Origin: Chiloscyllium plagiosum
Taxonomy: Eukaryota
Length of the DNA stretch: 64,000 nt
Direction of reading: 5' to 3'
Assembly: GCF_004010195.1 (NCBI RefSeq)
Contig: NC_057719.1
Span: 39,484,252 to 39,548,251, forward strand
Shown: piece after piece, positions 12,300-26,140 of the stretch
Layout of the letters: the number at the start of each line of letters is the position of its first letter
Position numbering within the stretch: position 1 is the stretch's first letter
Notes under the pieces: model-generated
Seen by the model: only the letters and a program-made list of their open reading frames with translations
What the model was told of the DNA's origin: nothing
The model's database searches: none
Made by a program: the position numbers and the translations under genes

Positions 12300-13650
12300 C
12301 TTAACAGTGACACGGCAACTGACCTAAGCAGGCTGCATCAAGGGTCTTAAAAGATGTAACTACAGAGATAGTGGATGCATTGGTTTCAGTCTTCTAAAAT
12401 TCCCTAGATTCTGTAAACATCATAGTGAATTGGAAAGCTGTACTTGAATGACATTATTCAAGAAAGGATGGAGTCAGAAACTTCGGCCAATAAGCCTAGT
12501 ATTTGATGCTGGGAAAACAGTGGAATCTCTTATTAAAGAAGCCGTAACAAAACCTTTTCAAAATAAAACTCATTATTCAGCCAGGCAGAAAGGGCAATTG
12601 GGTTTGACGAATTAATTAAAGCTCCTTTAATAAACAGGGTGAATAGAAAGGAATTAGTAGATGTGGCATGTTTGGATTTCCAAAAGGTGTTGATAAGGTG
12701 CCACATAAAAGCTTACTACACAAGTTAGTGGTGGGCATGATAGAATGAAAGGAATAGGGGACTGAAGAAATAGAGAGCCTGAATAAATGGGTTATTTTCA
12801 AGTAGGTGAGTGTCATAGTGTTGAGGTCTCAAAGCTATTTACAGTCTCTAAAGACTTGGGTGAAGAGACTGAGTGTACCGCAAGGAGGTTTGCTGACGCT
12901 GTCTCAAAGTTATGCTATAAAGTGCATTCTGAAGAGGATGTTATTTAAGTGAAGAGTGATTACAGAATGCTTCAGTACAGAGAGATCTCTAAGCATCCTC
13001 AGGAAAGTAATGTTGACATTCAGGAATAGTAAGTGATTGGGAAGACAAGTGAAATATTAGCTTTTATTGAAAGGAGAATAGATTATAAAAGTCAGGAAGT
13101 CATGCTACAACTGTACAGGATATTGATGAGATCATGCCTGTAGAATTAGATGTATTTTTGATCTCTATGTAAGAAGGAATGTACTTGCATTAGAGACAAT
13201 TGCGTGAAAGTTCACTCAAGTTGATTTATGTAATGAGGGGGCTCATTACATAATATTACATGTGCCTCACTGTACTTTAAACAATGAGAGAGATTCTTCC
13301 TGAAACAGAAGATCCAGAGAGGCTTGAAAAGGCTAAGAAGGTATTTCTCCTTATGGGAGTTTCTAGAGCAAGGGAACATAGTTGCTGAATAAGGAATCAA
13401 GTATTTAAACAGAGATGAAAAGGAATTTCTCCTTCAAGCTGACTATTAATCTATTGAATTTTCTGTCTGAGGGAGTTGTGGCAACTGAATTATTGAATAT
13501 ATTCAAAGTTGTGTTGCACATATATTTGACGATAAGATAAAGGTTATACGGCCAGACAGGAAAGTGAAGTTTGAATCCAAGATCACATCAGACATGAACA
13601 CATTGAATGATGGAGCAGGCTAGAAGGATTGTATAGACAACTCCTGCCCT
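12300..13650 (+). mobile_element. Highly degenerate CR1 LINE
   Basis: Remnants of LDFQKxFDKVPH (12670-12706), FAD and YKSQEVMLQLYR. Confidence 0.75.
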
Positions 13651-14054
13651 TTTTATTATATTACTAGGTAAATATTTAATGCATGCCATTAAATAGATCC
13701 CTTTGATGTGTTTGTGGTAATATATAAGAAACTACTTGAGTTCACTGAACAATAATAGACCCAGTGTTCAAATGTTTTAGTTTCTTGACACCGTTAGAAA
13801 CCAATTCCTATCAAATCAGAATATCATGACCTGATTACCCAGTTTCAAAATATGAACTTTCAGAAAGGGATTTCATTATAAATTTAAGAATTGCAGAAAC
13901 TTACAAACATTATAAAACCAATATATGCCCAAAAACTTAAAACCGTTTACTAAACTTCTTCCTCCTTGACCCTGTTTGGTAGATTTAAGATTGTTGGGAC
14001 CTCCCAAAGCACAGCTATCTGGCAAAATGCAGAGTATGGGGATAACAAGGTCCT

Positions 14055-15066
14055 TCTCAGGATGGCAGTCGGTGTGACAAGTGGTGTTGAGCAAGGTGCA
14101 GTATTGGGACCACAACTTTTTACTTTATACATTAACGATCCAGATGAAGGAACTGAGGACTTTCTGGCTAAGTTTGCAGATGATACAAAGATAGGTAGAG
14201 GGACAGGTAGCTTGAGCAGGTGGGTAGGCTGCAGAAGGATTTGGACAGGTTAGGAAAGTGGACAAAGAAGTGGCAGATGGAGTACAATGTGGGAAAATGT
14301 GAGGTCATGCACTTTGATAGAAAGAATAGAGGCATGGACTATTTTCTAAATGGGGAGAAAATTCAGAAGTCTGAAGTGCAGAAAGACTTGGGAGTTCTAG
14401 TCCAGGATTGTCTCAAGGTAAACTTGCAGGTTGAGTTAGTAGTTAGGAAGGCAAATGCAATGATGGTAATTATTTTGAGAGGACTTGAATACAAAAGTAG
14501 GGATATACTTCTGAGGCTCTGTAATGCTCTGCTCAGACCACATTTGCAGTATTGTGTGCAATTTTGGGCCTCATATCTCAGGAAGGATACTGGACTTGGA
14601 GCGTGTTCAAAGGAGGTTTACGAAAATGGTCCCAGGAATGAAAAGCTTAACATGAGGAATGTTTGAGGACTCTGGCTCTATACCCAGTGGCGTTTAGAAG
14701 GATGAGGGAAGATCTAATTGAAGCATATAGAATACTGAATAGCCTGGACAGAGTGGGTGTTGGGAGGTGTTTTCATTGGTAGGAGAGACTAGGATGTGAG
14801 GGCACAGCCTTAGAATAAAGGCAAGACCTTTTAGAACAGAAAAGGAGAAACTTCTTCAGCCAGAGAGTGGTGAATCCATGGGAATTCATTTCTACAGATG
14901 GCTGTGGAGGCCGGGTCATTGAGTATATTTAAGACTGAGATAGATTCTTGAGTATCAAGGTGATGAAGACTTACGGGGAGAAAGGAGAATGGGGTTGAGA
15001 AACTTATCAGCAAACTCAATGGGCTGAATGGCCTAATTTCTGCTCCTGTGACTTATGGTCTTATGT
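14055..15066 (+). mobile_element. CR1 LINE, 5'-truncated
   Basis: [16 protein letters not shown]...KFADDTK, KWQMEYNVGKCEVMHF; ttatggtcttatg tail. Confidence 0.92.
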
Positions 15067-16904
15067 CTTTTGATCTATGAGAATAGGGTAGTTCAGTCAA
15101 CAGTTTTTAAGCTGGTGATGACATTATATAAGATTTATTCACACTGTAATTCTTTCCCAGTCACTAATTCGCAATGACTAATGCACTATCACACTCAATC
15201 ACTCAATTACTCACTTATTTACTCACATCCTGTATCTCTTTCTCACACCACAGGGGAAGGGAACCGCTTGTAGCCAGGCTGCTCTGTGGAGTGAATCTCA
15301 GGGACTGAGGGCAGGGAAAGGAGCCATGTGCAGTCAGATCGCATTGGGGACTAGGTGGACAGAGCCATTTCCTGCCAGAGAGAAGGCAGTCTCAGCGGAA
15401 GGATGATTAGGGATCATCTTCAGCTACTTTAAACTGACCAGGTGGAGTTGGCTGCAGCAATCTCTGATGGAACTGTTCCCGGCACAAGACAGAAAGGAAT
15501 TGATTCCAGTTTATGCTAATGGGTCAATAATTCTTGTTGTTCAGACTAACAGCAATCCTTGATATTAATCTATTATTGGAGTAGTTTGCACCAGATTAGT
15601 TGCTTTGGTTACTTACCATTTTGATTGATATTCAACCATTGAACCTGACCTGAACAATGAACATTTCAGTAAATGCTGTCCTGGGGTCTGCTGCACTTTA
15701 ATGCTGCCATTAAAGATTTTGGACTCAAAATCCCCAAATTTAGTCAGCCGTTCCTATTGAGGGTCATGACATGTGTTTTGGGAAGCCATTCCTTAAAGAT
15801 TGAAATGTTGGAGGCTGTGATCTAACATTTCAATGCTTACACTTTTGGCACTCATTATATCATTAAAAATTGGAAGTGAATCGCTCAAATATTACCAATT
15901 TAGTTTTATTCTACTTGATTCACTTCATTGCCTATTGAGATTCACTGATTCAGTATAGTTTGTTTAACTACATTGACCAGCCTCATCAATATTTTGGAGT
16001 GGAACTCCCATTTCCCATCTTCAGTTAAAATCAGCAATCTGAGTAAGTGTCCATTGTGGTTCAAATTTGAGGGTTTGAAAAATCTGGTTGAGGATCATAG
16101 TTTCCATTTCCTCCCTCTCAGCTGGAATGTTACAAATGAAACCTGTCATTTCAGCTAGGGCAATTAGCTATACTTTTAAAGTATATTGTATGATACATCC
16201 AACAATTAAGTATCAAAATCACCTTATCATGCTTATTTTCCATCTAACATTTTAGAAACATTACAAAATGTAATTGAGAGTACACCGGTACAAGAATTAG
16301 CGACACTATCATTTTTTTAAAATTAAGATGTGTTTGAATATACTCTGTGCTCCAAACGTTCTTTGACATAAGATGCATGTTAAAAGAAAGATCAACTAAG
16401 TTGGACAGCAAGGTGGTAGAGGGCTTGGAGATATTGCAAACTCAAATTATATTTTAAAAATCTGTAGAAGAGTGCTAAACTGGAAGGTTACTTTTGAGAA
16501 TTGTGGAAGCAGTATCGTTATACCTGGTTCTAAAACCTAGATCTCTGATTTGGCTTTACTTCTCTGTAGGGAGACAGCAAGTGTTAAGTTAAAGCTCAGT
16601 AATTCCTGTGACACCTCAAAATTGGAAACGCACAAAAGTTCAGCAACATCTGAAAAACAATCATGCGGTTTTAGGTGTCGATTTGACCTGCTATTCTAAT
16701 TATGAATTGTGTAAAGTGACATCGGTTGTCCAATTTCCCTTGATTTTCACCATTCATTTCATACTTCTCATACTTTTCACTTACCAGCTGACCTGGGTCT
16801 GCAATCTTCTGTAAAGGCACTTGAACAAAGAGTTGACTCGGGGGAATCTGTAATCTCTAGAATTGGTCATTAAGTATATTCATGATATAGAGACAAGAAT
16901 AAAT

Positions 16905-17045
16905 TCAAAGAACTACAGATGCTAGAAATCAGACACAAAACAGAAACAGCTGGAAAAATTCAACAAATCTGGCTGCTTCTATGGAGAGAAAGAAGAGTTA
17001 ACACTTCGGGTCCAGTGACCCTTCTTTAGAACTTTCTTCAGAAAG
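16905..17045 (-). mobile_element. Penelope terminal-repeat fragment, degenerate hammerhead
   Basis: Minus strand gtt-ctaaaga-agggtcactggaccc-gaag-tg-ttaac. Confidence 0.7.
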
Positions 17046-17089
17046 AAGAAATTCTTTCTTTCGGCAAGTTAATCAGTAATTAAAAGTCA

Positions 17090-17560
17090 TACATGACAAT
17101 AATTGGCACAAAAACTTCCTAAAAACTTAAAAATTTTCTTTCCCCACACAGTTTTCTGATCTACACTACTTGAAAGGGTAGTAGAAGCAGATTCCATTCA
17201 GAAATTTGTAAAGGTATTTGGGCATGTACCTGATGATAAATTTGCAGGGTTATTGTGGGAAAAACCTGCAATGTGGGACAAAATCAGACAGCTGTTTCCA
17301 TGAGCTGGCACAGCATTACTTACTAAATGTGCTCCTATGCTTTAAGATGTCAGTGTATGGAATAAGCTGCCAAGGAAGTGGTGGAGGCTGGTACAATTAC
17401 AACATTTAAAAGCCATCTGGATGGATTCATGAATAGGAAGGGTTAGATGAATATGGGCCAAGTGCTGGAAAATAGGACTAGATTAATTTTGGATATCTGG
17501 ATGGCATGAACGAGTTGGACTGAAAGGTCTGTTTCTGTGCTGTAAATCTCTATGACTCTG
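17090..17560 (+). mobile_element. Two adjacent CR1 3'-end fragments
   Basis: gctgccaaggaagtggtggaggctggtacaattacaacatttaaaa...ctctatgactct tail. Confidence 0.7.
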
Positions 17561-18098
17561 TTATAATTACAGAACTAGAGTCCCTGATTATACATATGGT
17601 CTTGGATTTCTTCCTGCTTCCTAAATTCTAGAGCTCCATCCAGTGGCTGAGTATGCTTACAACAGTAGCTATACTTTTACTTAGATACACTGTATAAGTG
17701 ATGTACATGTACAGACTTCAAAGCTTTCTAGACCTATGGCATTTTCCATCTGAATTTCTGCTGCTCCACTGTGCTAGTGATAATGTGCTATTATTTTGAT
17801 TTCTTACCTGTTATCCAACTTATTTTATAGCTTCTAATCTACTTCCATGAAATCACTGGCTTTCCTTGAGCAGCTACGTGAGCTTGGAGAAGAGATATTG
17901 GGAGAAGGGAGGGAGATTTTATAGTGATTAAGCTGGGTGAATAATACTATGGAGCTGATTCCACTGTAACATTAAAAAAGACAACCTTGCATTTTTCTTG
18001 AATTGTGTTACACATTATAAAATCAAATGGTCAAAGGAGAATACAAATGATTGCATTAACAATATAAGCTTCTAATCGCATTTTCTTTTTTCTTGCAG

Positions 18099-18147
18099 CT
18101 TTTCAGGGAAGTAAGAATAATGAAATGTTTGAACCATCCAAATATAG
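18099..18147 (+). CDS. MARK3: MARK kinase coding exon (49 bp), LFREVRIMKCLNHPNI(V)
   Basis: Acceptor ttttctttttcttgcag, donor gtgagt; translation matches MARK subdomain III-IV; ends phase 1, compatible with the next exon. Confidence 0.93.
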
Positions 18148-19579
18148 GTGAGTAAATTTTCCATATCTTTGAGGACTAAATTAGGCACTGAAAAAGTTTC
18201 TCCTGTTGAAACATGCTCACATAAAGTAATGAGAAAACCTGCTTTGCTTTAACTCTGGACTGATAAACTCTACACTAAGTCTAATGATACGCTTCCATGA
18301 TAGACTTGGACAAATATCTTCTGGCCTAAGATAGAATTGTTGATTAGGCATCCAACCGCTCAATAAGAACTTATGATTTCACCAATGACTCCCCTGTTCA
18401 ATTGTAGTAAGAGGTTTGTTCATTAAACACAGAAAAACACTGAAGAGCATTCTTCATGCATATATGTTCCAATAATGCTGTAGTCAATGGAAACTCTTCC
18501 TTCTTTGAGGTATTCTTAGACTGTAAGTTGATGCAGTAGGCCTTCCTGTGTCCATCAACATCAATATGCACTTGAGCCCCATATCCTATTTTGCATTCTG
18601 TGTTGTTTTCCTGAGCTAAAAACATTGAATGAAAAGTCCTTGTCACATTAAACCCCTTCCGTAGCATCACAGCTTGATGTTCTGGAAAAAAAGCATTAGT
18701 CACTTGTAACTTACAAATAAGTGGGCAAATTCATGGAATTAAGAGATATGTTATGAGTTAGAAGATCTAGAATTTATTGGTTGACAAACCTTGCTCCACT
18801 GTTTGTTTTGCACACCTGGAACCTTGCTCTTAGCCTCCTTGTTATTTTACAACTTTGCTGCATTTGAACGATTATTGCCTAATCAAATTGCCACAGAAAG
18901 TTAGCTCTGGCAGTACTACCTTTTAAACAGCATGATGGTAATATAGTGCCGATTAATTTACCTGACCTAGAAATTGAACAATTTAAGCTGCTGAACCTCC
19001 TTTCTTATGATAAGTTGTCCTTAGAAATTTTCAAAAGGCAAATCTTAAATTTTATTTTGTTTCTTTTATTCCTTTGTGTGTCTTCCTTTCATCTTAGTCC
19101 AAACTTTCTTTGCCTCATTACTTCTCTTTCTGTACTTGATTAGACTGACTAATTGTCCCCAGCTATCCTGTCTTTTTCTCAATTCTCAAATCTCATTGAG
19201 TAAATAAGTATACTGCTCATCTTATAATTGGCTTCAACCCCTTCTGTCTTGTTGTCCTCGTTGAACCACTACCAGCGTGCAATTCCAGCAAATTACAGTG
19301 CAAACATTTCTATGAACTGAAAAATGCAAAAAAAAAGTATGGCTAACAGACCATGCCACAAGATGACTGGCTGCAGTAAAGCCCTTTTCTGTAATCTACA
19401 CCAACATTCTATCTCTTCCCACACCCTTAAGTCCACTCACTTTGTCCTTCTGTCCATTGATCCACCATTAGACTTTAGTAATCTTGACCTAAATTTTTAG
19501 AGTCACTTCCTTAAGACCCTCTGCTTTTCTTCTTCCCTTCAGCTTTAAAGCATTTTTTAAAACCTACTTTCCAATATAC

Positions 19580-20548
19580 ATAAAGCATTTGATAGTGTGT
19601 CACATGGCAGGTTGGTTTGCAAATTAGAAATGTTTCAGATTGATGGGTACTTGGCAGCATGGATTAGGAATTGGCTAAAAGATAAGAAACAGAGGGTAGG
19701 TGTAGATGGGTAATGGCTTAGTTTGGAGGCAAGTTGAAAGTGGTGTTCCCCAGGGAGTGGTGTTGGGACTCTCGCTTTTCCTGATATAATAAACGATTTG
19801 GAAATGGGTGTTGAAAACAAAATTTCTAAATTTTCAGATGACATTGAGGGAGAATAGTGAATTGTGAGGATGTTGCTGAGTGACTTCAGAGACATATTGA
19901 CAAGTTGTCAAATGGACAGACATGTGGCAAATGAACTTCAACACAGAGAATTGAGAGGTAATGTATTTTGGAGAAGAAAACTGAGGTACAGTACAGGCTC
20001 AGTGGTACAATTTTGAGAGGAATACAGAAGCAGAAGGACCTCTGGGTTCATGAACATGGTTCCCTGAAGATGGCAGGCAAGTTGAAACTGTTGTTAAAAA
20101 GGCTTATAGGACCATTGGGGTTATAATTAGAAGCATAAGAATATAAAGGTAAGTGAGTGATGTTGCACTTCTACAAATCATTGATCAGACCATACTTGGA
20201 GTGTTTTGTTCAGTTCTGGTCACCTTATTTAAGAAAAATGTTAAAACACTGGAGAAGGTGCGAGCCAGATTTACTGGAATGACACCAGGAATTAAGGACT
20301 TTAGATACGAGGAAGAATTAGAGAGATTGAGCTTATGCTCCTTAGAGCAGAGGAGATTAAGGGGTGACTATACTGAAATGTTCAAAATTACGAACAATTT
20401 TGACAGGACAAAGAAGGATATTCTGTTTCAACAGGTTGGTATGTCAGTAACTGGAAGTCACAATTTCAGGATTGTCAGCAAGAGACCTGAGACAGAGATG
20501 AGAAGAAACGTCTTCATTCAGAGAAACTTCTTTATTCAGAGTTGTTGA
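19580..20548 (+). mobile_element. CR1 LINE fragment
   Basis: KAFD, PQGxVLG, KFSDD; ORF 20153..20548 SLEQRRLRGD. Confidence 0.85.
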
Positions 20549-20549
20549 A

Positions 20550-21590
20550 GATGATGAATGGGATTCTTATCAAGTAGGCTGCTTTGTCTTGAATGAGGTC
20601 AAACTTCTTCAATTTAAGCGGTGCTCATCCAGGCAAATGGGGAGTATTCCATCACACTTCTAACTTTTAGATGGTAAACAAGATTTATGGAATCAGAAAG
20701 TTGATTGTCTACCACAGAATTCTCAGCCTCTTTTCTGCTTAGCATCTAAGTGGTTGGTCCAGTTTGAAATCTGGCCAGTGATAATACAGGATGTTGATAG
20801 CGGGAGATTCAGCAATGCCAATGCCATTGAATGGCAAGGTCAGCTGGTTAAATTCTCTCTTGTTGGAGATGGTAATTGCCTGGCACTTGTATGTACTCAA
20901 TCTTACTTACCATTTATCAGCACAAACCTGAATGTTGTCCAAGGCTTGCTTCATATGGACACCAACTGTTTCATTATCTGAGGAGTTGCAGATGGTGCTT
21001 AACATTATGCAATCATCAATGAGCATTCTTACTTCTGTATTAGATCACAGAAGCTTAGGTCATAAGTATTGTAACTGAAAATGATTGGGCCAAGGACACC
21101 ACCTTAAGGAACTCCTGCAGAATTCCCCCGAAATGAAATGATTATCCTCCATCCAACTGCTTCCATCTTTCTTTGTGCTAGGTATGACTCCAGCCAGTAG
21201 AGACTTTCCCCAATTTTTAATGACTTTGATTTTTCTAGGGCTTCATAATGGTTTTTCTATTTAGTGTTGCCTTTATGGTAAAGGACAATCACTTTCATCG
21301 CAACCGTTAGGTCATTTATTTTGACCATATTTGGAAAAAGGCTATAAAAAAGTGAGGAGCTGAGTGGTCCTGGCAGAATCCAAACTGAATGCAATGAGCA
21401 GCATATTGCTGAGTAAGTGCTATGCAATGGCTCTGTTGATCACTTTGCTCACGATGGAGAGTACATTCGCAGCCACAATTGTCTGAGTTGAAATTCTCCT
21501 GCTTTTTGTGGACAGGGCATACCTGGACAATTTCCCAGTTCCTGGGTAGGTGCTAATGATGTAGCTGGACTGGGAAATTGTACTACATTG
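20550..21590 (-). mobile_element. Family B LINE fragment
   Basis: Homologous to 38305-41230 (same strand) and 44100-45000 (opposite strand). Confidence 0.75.
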
Positions 21591-22632
21591 GAGTGGATAG
21601 TGGGGAACCAATAGATGCATATTTGGACTCCCAGAGGATATTCGACAAGATACCTCATACAAATTTAAGTCAAAAGATCAGTGCTAATGGTGTTGGATGA
21701 AGTATATTTGCATAAATGGAGAATTGGCTGAAGGGCAAGAAACAATGAATGGGGATAGGAGTTCTTTTTCAGGTTGGTGACCTTTGACCAGTTGGGTTCT
21801 ACAGGGAACAATGCTGTGACTGCAGTGGTTTATAATGTACTTGAATAATGTGGAGGAAGAAAATGAATGTATGGAGAGGTAGGTTGCGAAACGGATAAAG
21901 ACAGTTTGTTGAGAGACATTGAAAGTTTAAATAAGTGGGCAAGCACTTGGCAAATGGAGTATAATGTGGGAAAATGTGAAGTTGATTTTGAATGGGAGGA
22001 CAAAAAAATTAAGTGGAGAAAAACTACAGAAGCAGTGACACAAAGGGACGTCAGAGTACTTGCATACGAAACACGAAAAGTTAGTGCATAAGATTCCGTG
22101 ATTTCCTGCTGCACTTGATAAAATCAGGAAAGCTAATGTGGAATGTTGGTGCTTATTCAAGGGAGTTGGAGTATGAGTAGGGAAGTCTTATTGTAGCTGT
22201 ATAATGTGTTGATGAGACCACAACCGGAGTACTTTGTGCAGTTTTTGTCCCCTTATTTAAGGAAATATATAATTTAATTGAAGGCAGTTCAGAGAAGGTT
22301 CACTAGGATAACCCCAGGTATGAGAGGATTGTCTTATTAACAAAGGCTAAACAGTTTGGGACTCTACTCACTGGAATTCAGAAGAGCGAGAAGTGAGCTC
22401 ATTATAACATAGAGGATTATTAAGGAGCTTGATAAGGTAAATGCTGAGATGATGTTTCCCTTCATGGGAGAATCGAGGACCAGAGGGCATAGTCTCAGAA
22501 TAAAGAAGCGCAAATTTAAGACTGTGTCAAGAAGGAATTTATTCTCTGACGGTTGAGAGTTTTTGGAGCTCCTTCCTGCAGATATATGTTGGGGGTCTAG
22601 TTCTTGTGTATATTTAAGGCTGAGATAGATTA
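21590..22632 (+). mobile_element. CR1 LINE fragment
   Basis: WQMEYNVGKCEV; VQRRFTR; LYSLEFRR. Confidence 0.85.
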
Positions 22633-23611
22633 GTCCTTAATAAAAATGGAAAGAACTGCTATCCCGAATATTCATAATGGGATTTTCTAATGTGAAACTT
22701 GAATCCACAACAATGCAATCCACTGAGTGAGGGACCTGTCCATCACCAAGTGTGGTTCCTAAATGAATTAGCTGAGTCCTTTGCTGCTAGACTGGGTTTG
22801 CGACACCTGTGGAAATAACCAGCAGAGGGAAAAACATACTTGATCTTACCCTCACCAGTCTAACTGATGTAGAAAGATTTATCTGTGACAGTACTGTGAT
22901 AGGAGATACCCTTGTGGAAACAAACTCCCATCATCACACTGATCCTTGTGCATGGTACTAGTTACAGATTGCCATCCTGAAAATTCCCCCCTTAAACCAG
23001 CTTTCCCTATCTTCTATTAGTTATTTAATCCTCTATCCATGCCAATATACTCCCTCTATTACATGGCTGGTCATAGGAGCTTGCAATGTCAAAGTTGGCT
23101 GCCACAATCTACTCTACAACAGTGCAATAACAATAAAACATTTTAGGGGCATTCTGAGGTTTTGAAGTATGGAGATCAATCTTTGTTTGCCCACTCTGGC
23201 TGAAGCAAAACAAACAATACTGTTTGCCTAATCCTCTCACACCCAGTTAGTGAAAATAAATAACTTGAATTGAGAGTAGTATAATGGTTGATGTAGTAGC
23301 AATCTCCTGATAGCAAGACACTTGCCTTTTGAGTTTTTTAAAAAAATCTTGTATTTGTGAGTAGCTGCTTGAGAGGCACTTCATATCTATGTTTGAGACC
23401 AGTTCACTCAATTTAACCATTTGTGCAGGTCAGTAGTGAGAACAATGTAAACATAAAATATTCCCTTTGTCATTGTTCTTCAAAAGATTTCCAACTCAAA
23501 AATATCATTTAGAGGTGAAGGGAACAGTTACAGACTTGTAGTTTCCATACTGATTAAACTTGCTTGGGAGCAGAAGTAGGCCATTCCATCATTGAAGCTG
23601 GCTCACCATTC

Positions 23612-24084
23612 AGTAGACAATAGGTGCAGGGGTAGGCCATTCTGCCCTTGGATCCTGCACCACCATTCATTATGATCATGGCTGATCATTCTTAATCAGT
23701 ATCCTGTTTCTGCCTTATCTCCATAACCCTTGATTCCACTATCCTTGAGAGCTCTATCCAACTCTTTCTTAAATGAATCCAGAGACTGGACCTCCACTGC
23801 TCTCTGGGGCAGAGCATTCCACACAGCCACCACTCTCTGGGTGAAGAAGTTTCTCCTCATCTCTGTCCTAAATGGTCTACCCCGTATTTTTAAGCTGTGT
23901 CCTCTGGTTCGGCACTCACCCATCAGCAAAAACATGTTTCCTGCCGCCAGAGTGTCCAAACCTTTAATAATCTTATATGTCTCAATCAGATCCCCTCTCA
24001 GTCTTCTAAACTCAAGGGTATACAAGCCCAGTCGTTCCAGTCTTTCAGTGTAAGATAATCCCGCCATTCCAGGAATTGACCTCA
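23612..24084 (-). mobile_element. Younger CR1 3' end nested in an older CR1 tail
   Basis: Intact ORF C-terminus IPGMAGLSYTERLERLGLYTLEFRRLRGDLIETYK...WNALP; flanked by a split older tail (23568-23611 and 24085-24230). Confidence 0.88.
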
Positions 24085-25064
24085 TGATGTCAATATGATC
24101 AAAGCTAACCTTGTATCTTGAATCCAATTTCCTCCATGCTCCCCTATCCCTCGATTTCCTGAGAGATCAAGAATGTTTTATCTCCATATTGAATCAATGT
24201 GACAGAACATGCACAGTCCTTTGGATTAACATAAGAATATACAAAATAGGAACGGGGAAACCAGAAGTCTATTGAACAGGCTCTACCTTTCACTATTATC
24301 ATGGTTGATTTTGAGCTTAAACTTCACTTTCTCACCTGCTCTGCTTTACTCTTCATTCTATGACATATCTGCTTATTCCAACATTAAATACATTGGAATA
24401 TCTACAACCCACTGGAGCAGACAGCTCTGAAGATTTACAACATCTGAATGGAGAAATTTCTCCTCCACTTAATCCTAAATGATTAACCCCTTATCCTGAG
24501 ATTTATGCTCCCATATTCTAGTTACCCTAGATAAAGGAAATTATATCTGTGAGATGTTGTCTGGCAAACTAACCTTTATATTAAATAGGCTCAACACCAG
24601 TTCTCAAACACCTCCTCTTATCTTCCTGGACCATGACCCCATGTGGAACATTAGGCCATTGCATCAACTACGGTCACCAACCTCATTTCATCTGGTGCCT
24701 CCTCTGCCTAGCTGAGCTCATCTTCACTCTGAACAACTTCTCTTTTAACTCGCCTCACTTTCTTCAGGACAGAGAGGTGGCAATGGGTACCTGAATGGGC
24801 CACAGTTGAGCCCGTGTCTTTGTAGGGTATGTGGAGCATCCCTTATTCCATTCCTATTCTGGCCCCTACCCACAACTCTTTCCCCGGTACATCGATGATA
24901 TTGGTGCTGCTTTCCCCTCTTGTTCAGATTTGGAAAAGCTTATCAGTTTCGCTTCCAATTTCCACATGCTCTCATCTTCACTTGGTCCATCTCTAACTCC
25001 TGTTTTCCCTTCCTCGACATCTCTGTTTCTATTTTTGGGGGTAGGCTGGCCACCAATATGCACT

Positions 25065-25264
25065 GAAAATGTGTTGCTGGAAAAGCGCAGCAGGTCAGGC
25101 AGCATCCAGGGAACAGGAGAATCGACGTTTCAGGCATAAGCCCTTCTTCAGGAATGCCCGAAACGTCGATTCTCCTGTTCCCTGGATGCTGCCTGACCTG
25201 CTGCGCTTTTCCAGCAACACATTTTCAGCTCTGATCTCCAGCATCTGCAGACCTCACTTTCTCT
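25065..25264. mobile_element. 200-bp fold-back Penelope-derived element with 13-bp TSD
   Basis: accaatatgcact duplicated at 25052-25064 and 25265-25277; 75-bp inverted arms. Confidence 0.92.
25121..25155 (-). ncRNA. Minimal hammerhead ribozyme
   Basis: Minus strand attc-CTGAAGA-a-gggc-ttat-gcct-GAAA-cg-TC-gat; stem I is weak. Confidence 0.65.
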
Positions 25265-25922
25265 ACCAATATGCACTACAAACCCACCAACTCCCACAGA
25301 TACCTTGACTATACATGCTCACACCCTGCATCATGTAAAGACTCTATTCCGTTCTCCCAGTTCCTGCATCTCCATCGCAATTGCGTCTGGTGATACCAAC
25401 TTTGAAAGGGGGGGGCCTCCAAAATGTCCACTTTCTTCCTCAACTAAGGATCCCCAACATCATAGTTGATGGGAGTCTCAGCTGGGTCCAACCCATCTCC
25501 TGCACTTCAGCCCTCACCCCTGTCTTTCCATCCACAACAGTGATAGGGTCCCCCTTTTTCCTTACCTACCATTCTACCACCTTCCATATTCAGAAAATCA
25601 TTAGCTGGCATTTCTGCCACCCCCAGCAGGATGCCCCCACCAGACACACATTCCCCTCCCCTGCTTTGTCAGCCTTACGCAGGGACTGTTCCCTCCAGAA
25701 CACCCTGGTCCACTCCTCCTTCACTCCCAAAGCCCCACCACCACACGGAAGAACAGCACCTTGTTTTCCACTTGGAAATTCTACAACTTTCTGAGCTCAA
25801 TATCAAGTTCAACAACTTTAGGGCCTGAGCTGTCCCATGACCATATCCCTATCCCCACACCTCAGTTCTTGTTATTACATTATCTGCTATTACACCCAAC
25901 CCATTGCTGACCACTAACAGTG

Positions 25923-26140
25923 TCGATAAAGTGTGACACTGGAAAAAGCACAGCAGATCAGACAGCATCTGAGGAGCAAGAGAATCATGTTTCGGGCTTA
26001 ACTCTGTCCTGATGCAAGGTTAAGCCCGAAATGATGACACTCGTGTTCCTCAGATGCTGCCTGACTTGCTGTGCTTTTTCCGGCGCCACACTTTATCAAA
26101 ATTGACTTCTCCAGCATCTGCAGTCCTCACTACCTTCTAG
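25923..26140. mobile_element. 218-bp fold-back Penelope-derived element with 12-bp TSD
   Basis: ccactaacagtg at 25911-25922 and 26141-26152; diverged inverted arms 25925-26002 and 26019-26097. Confidence 0.88.
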
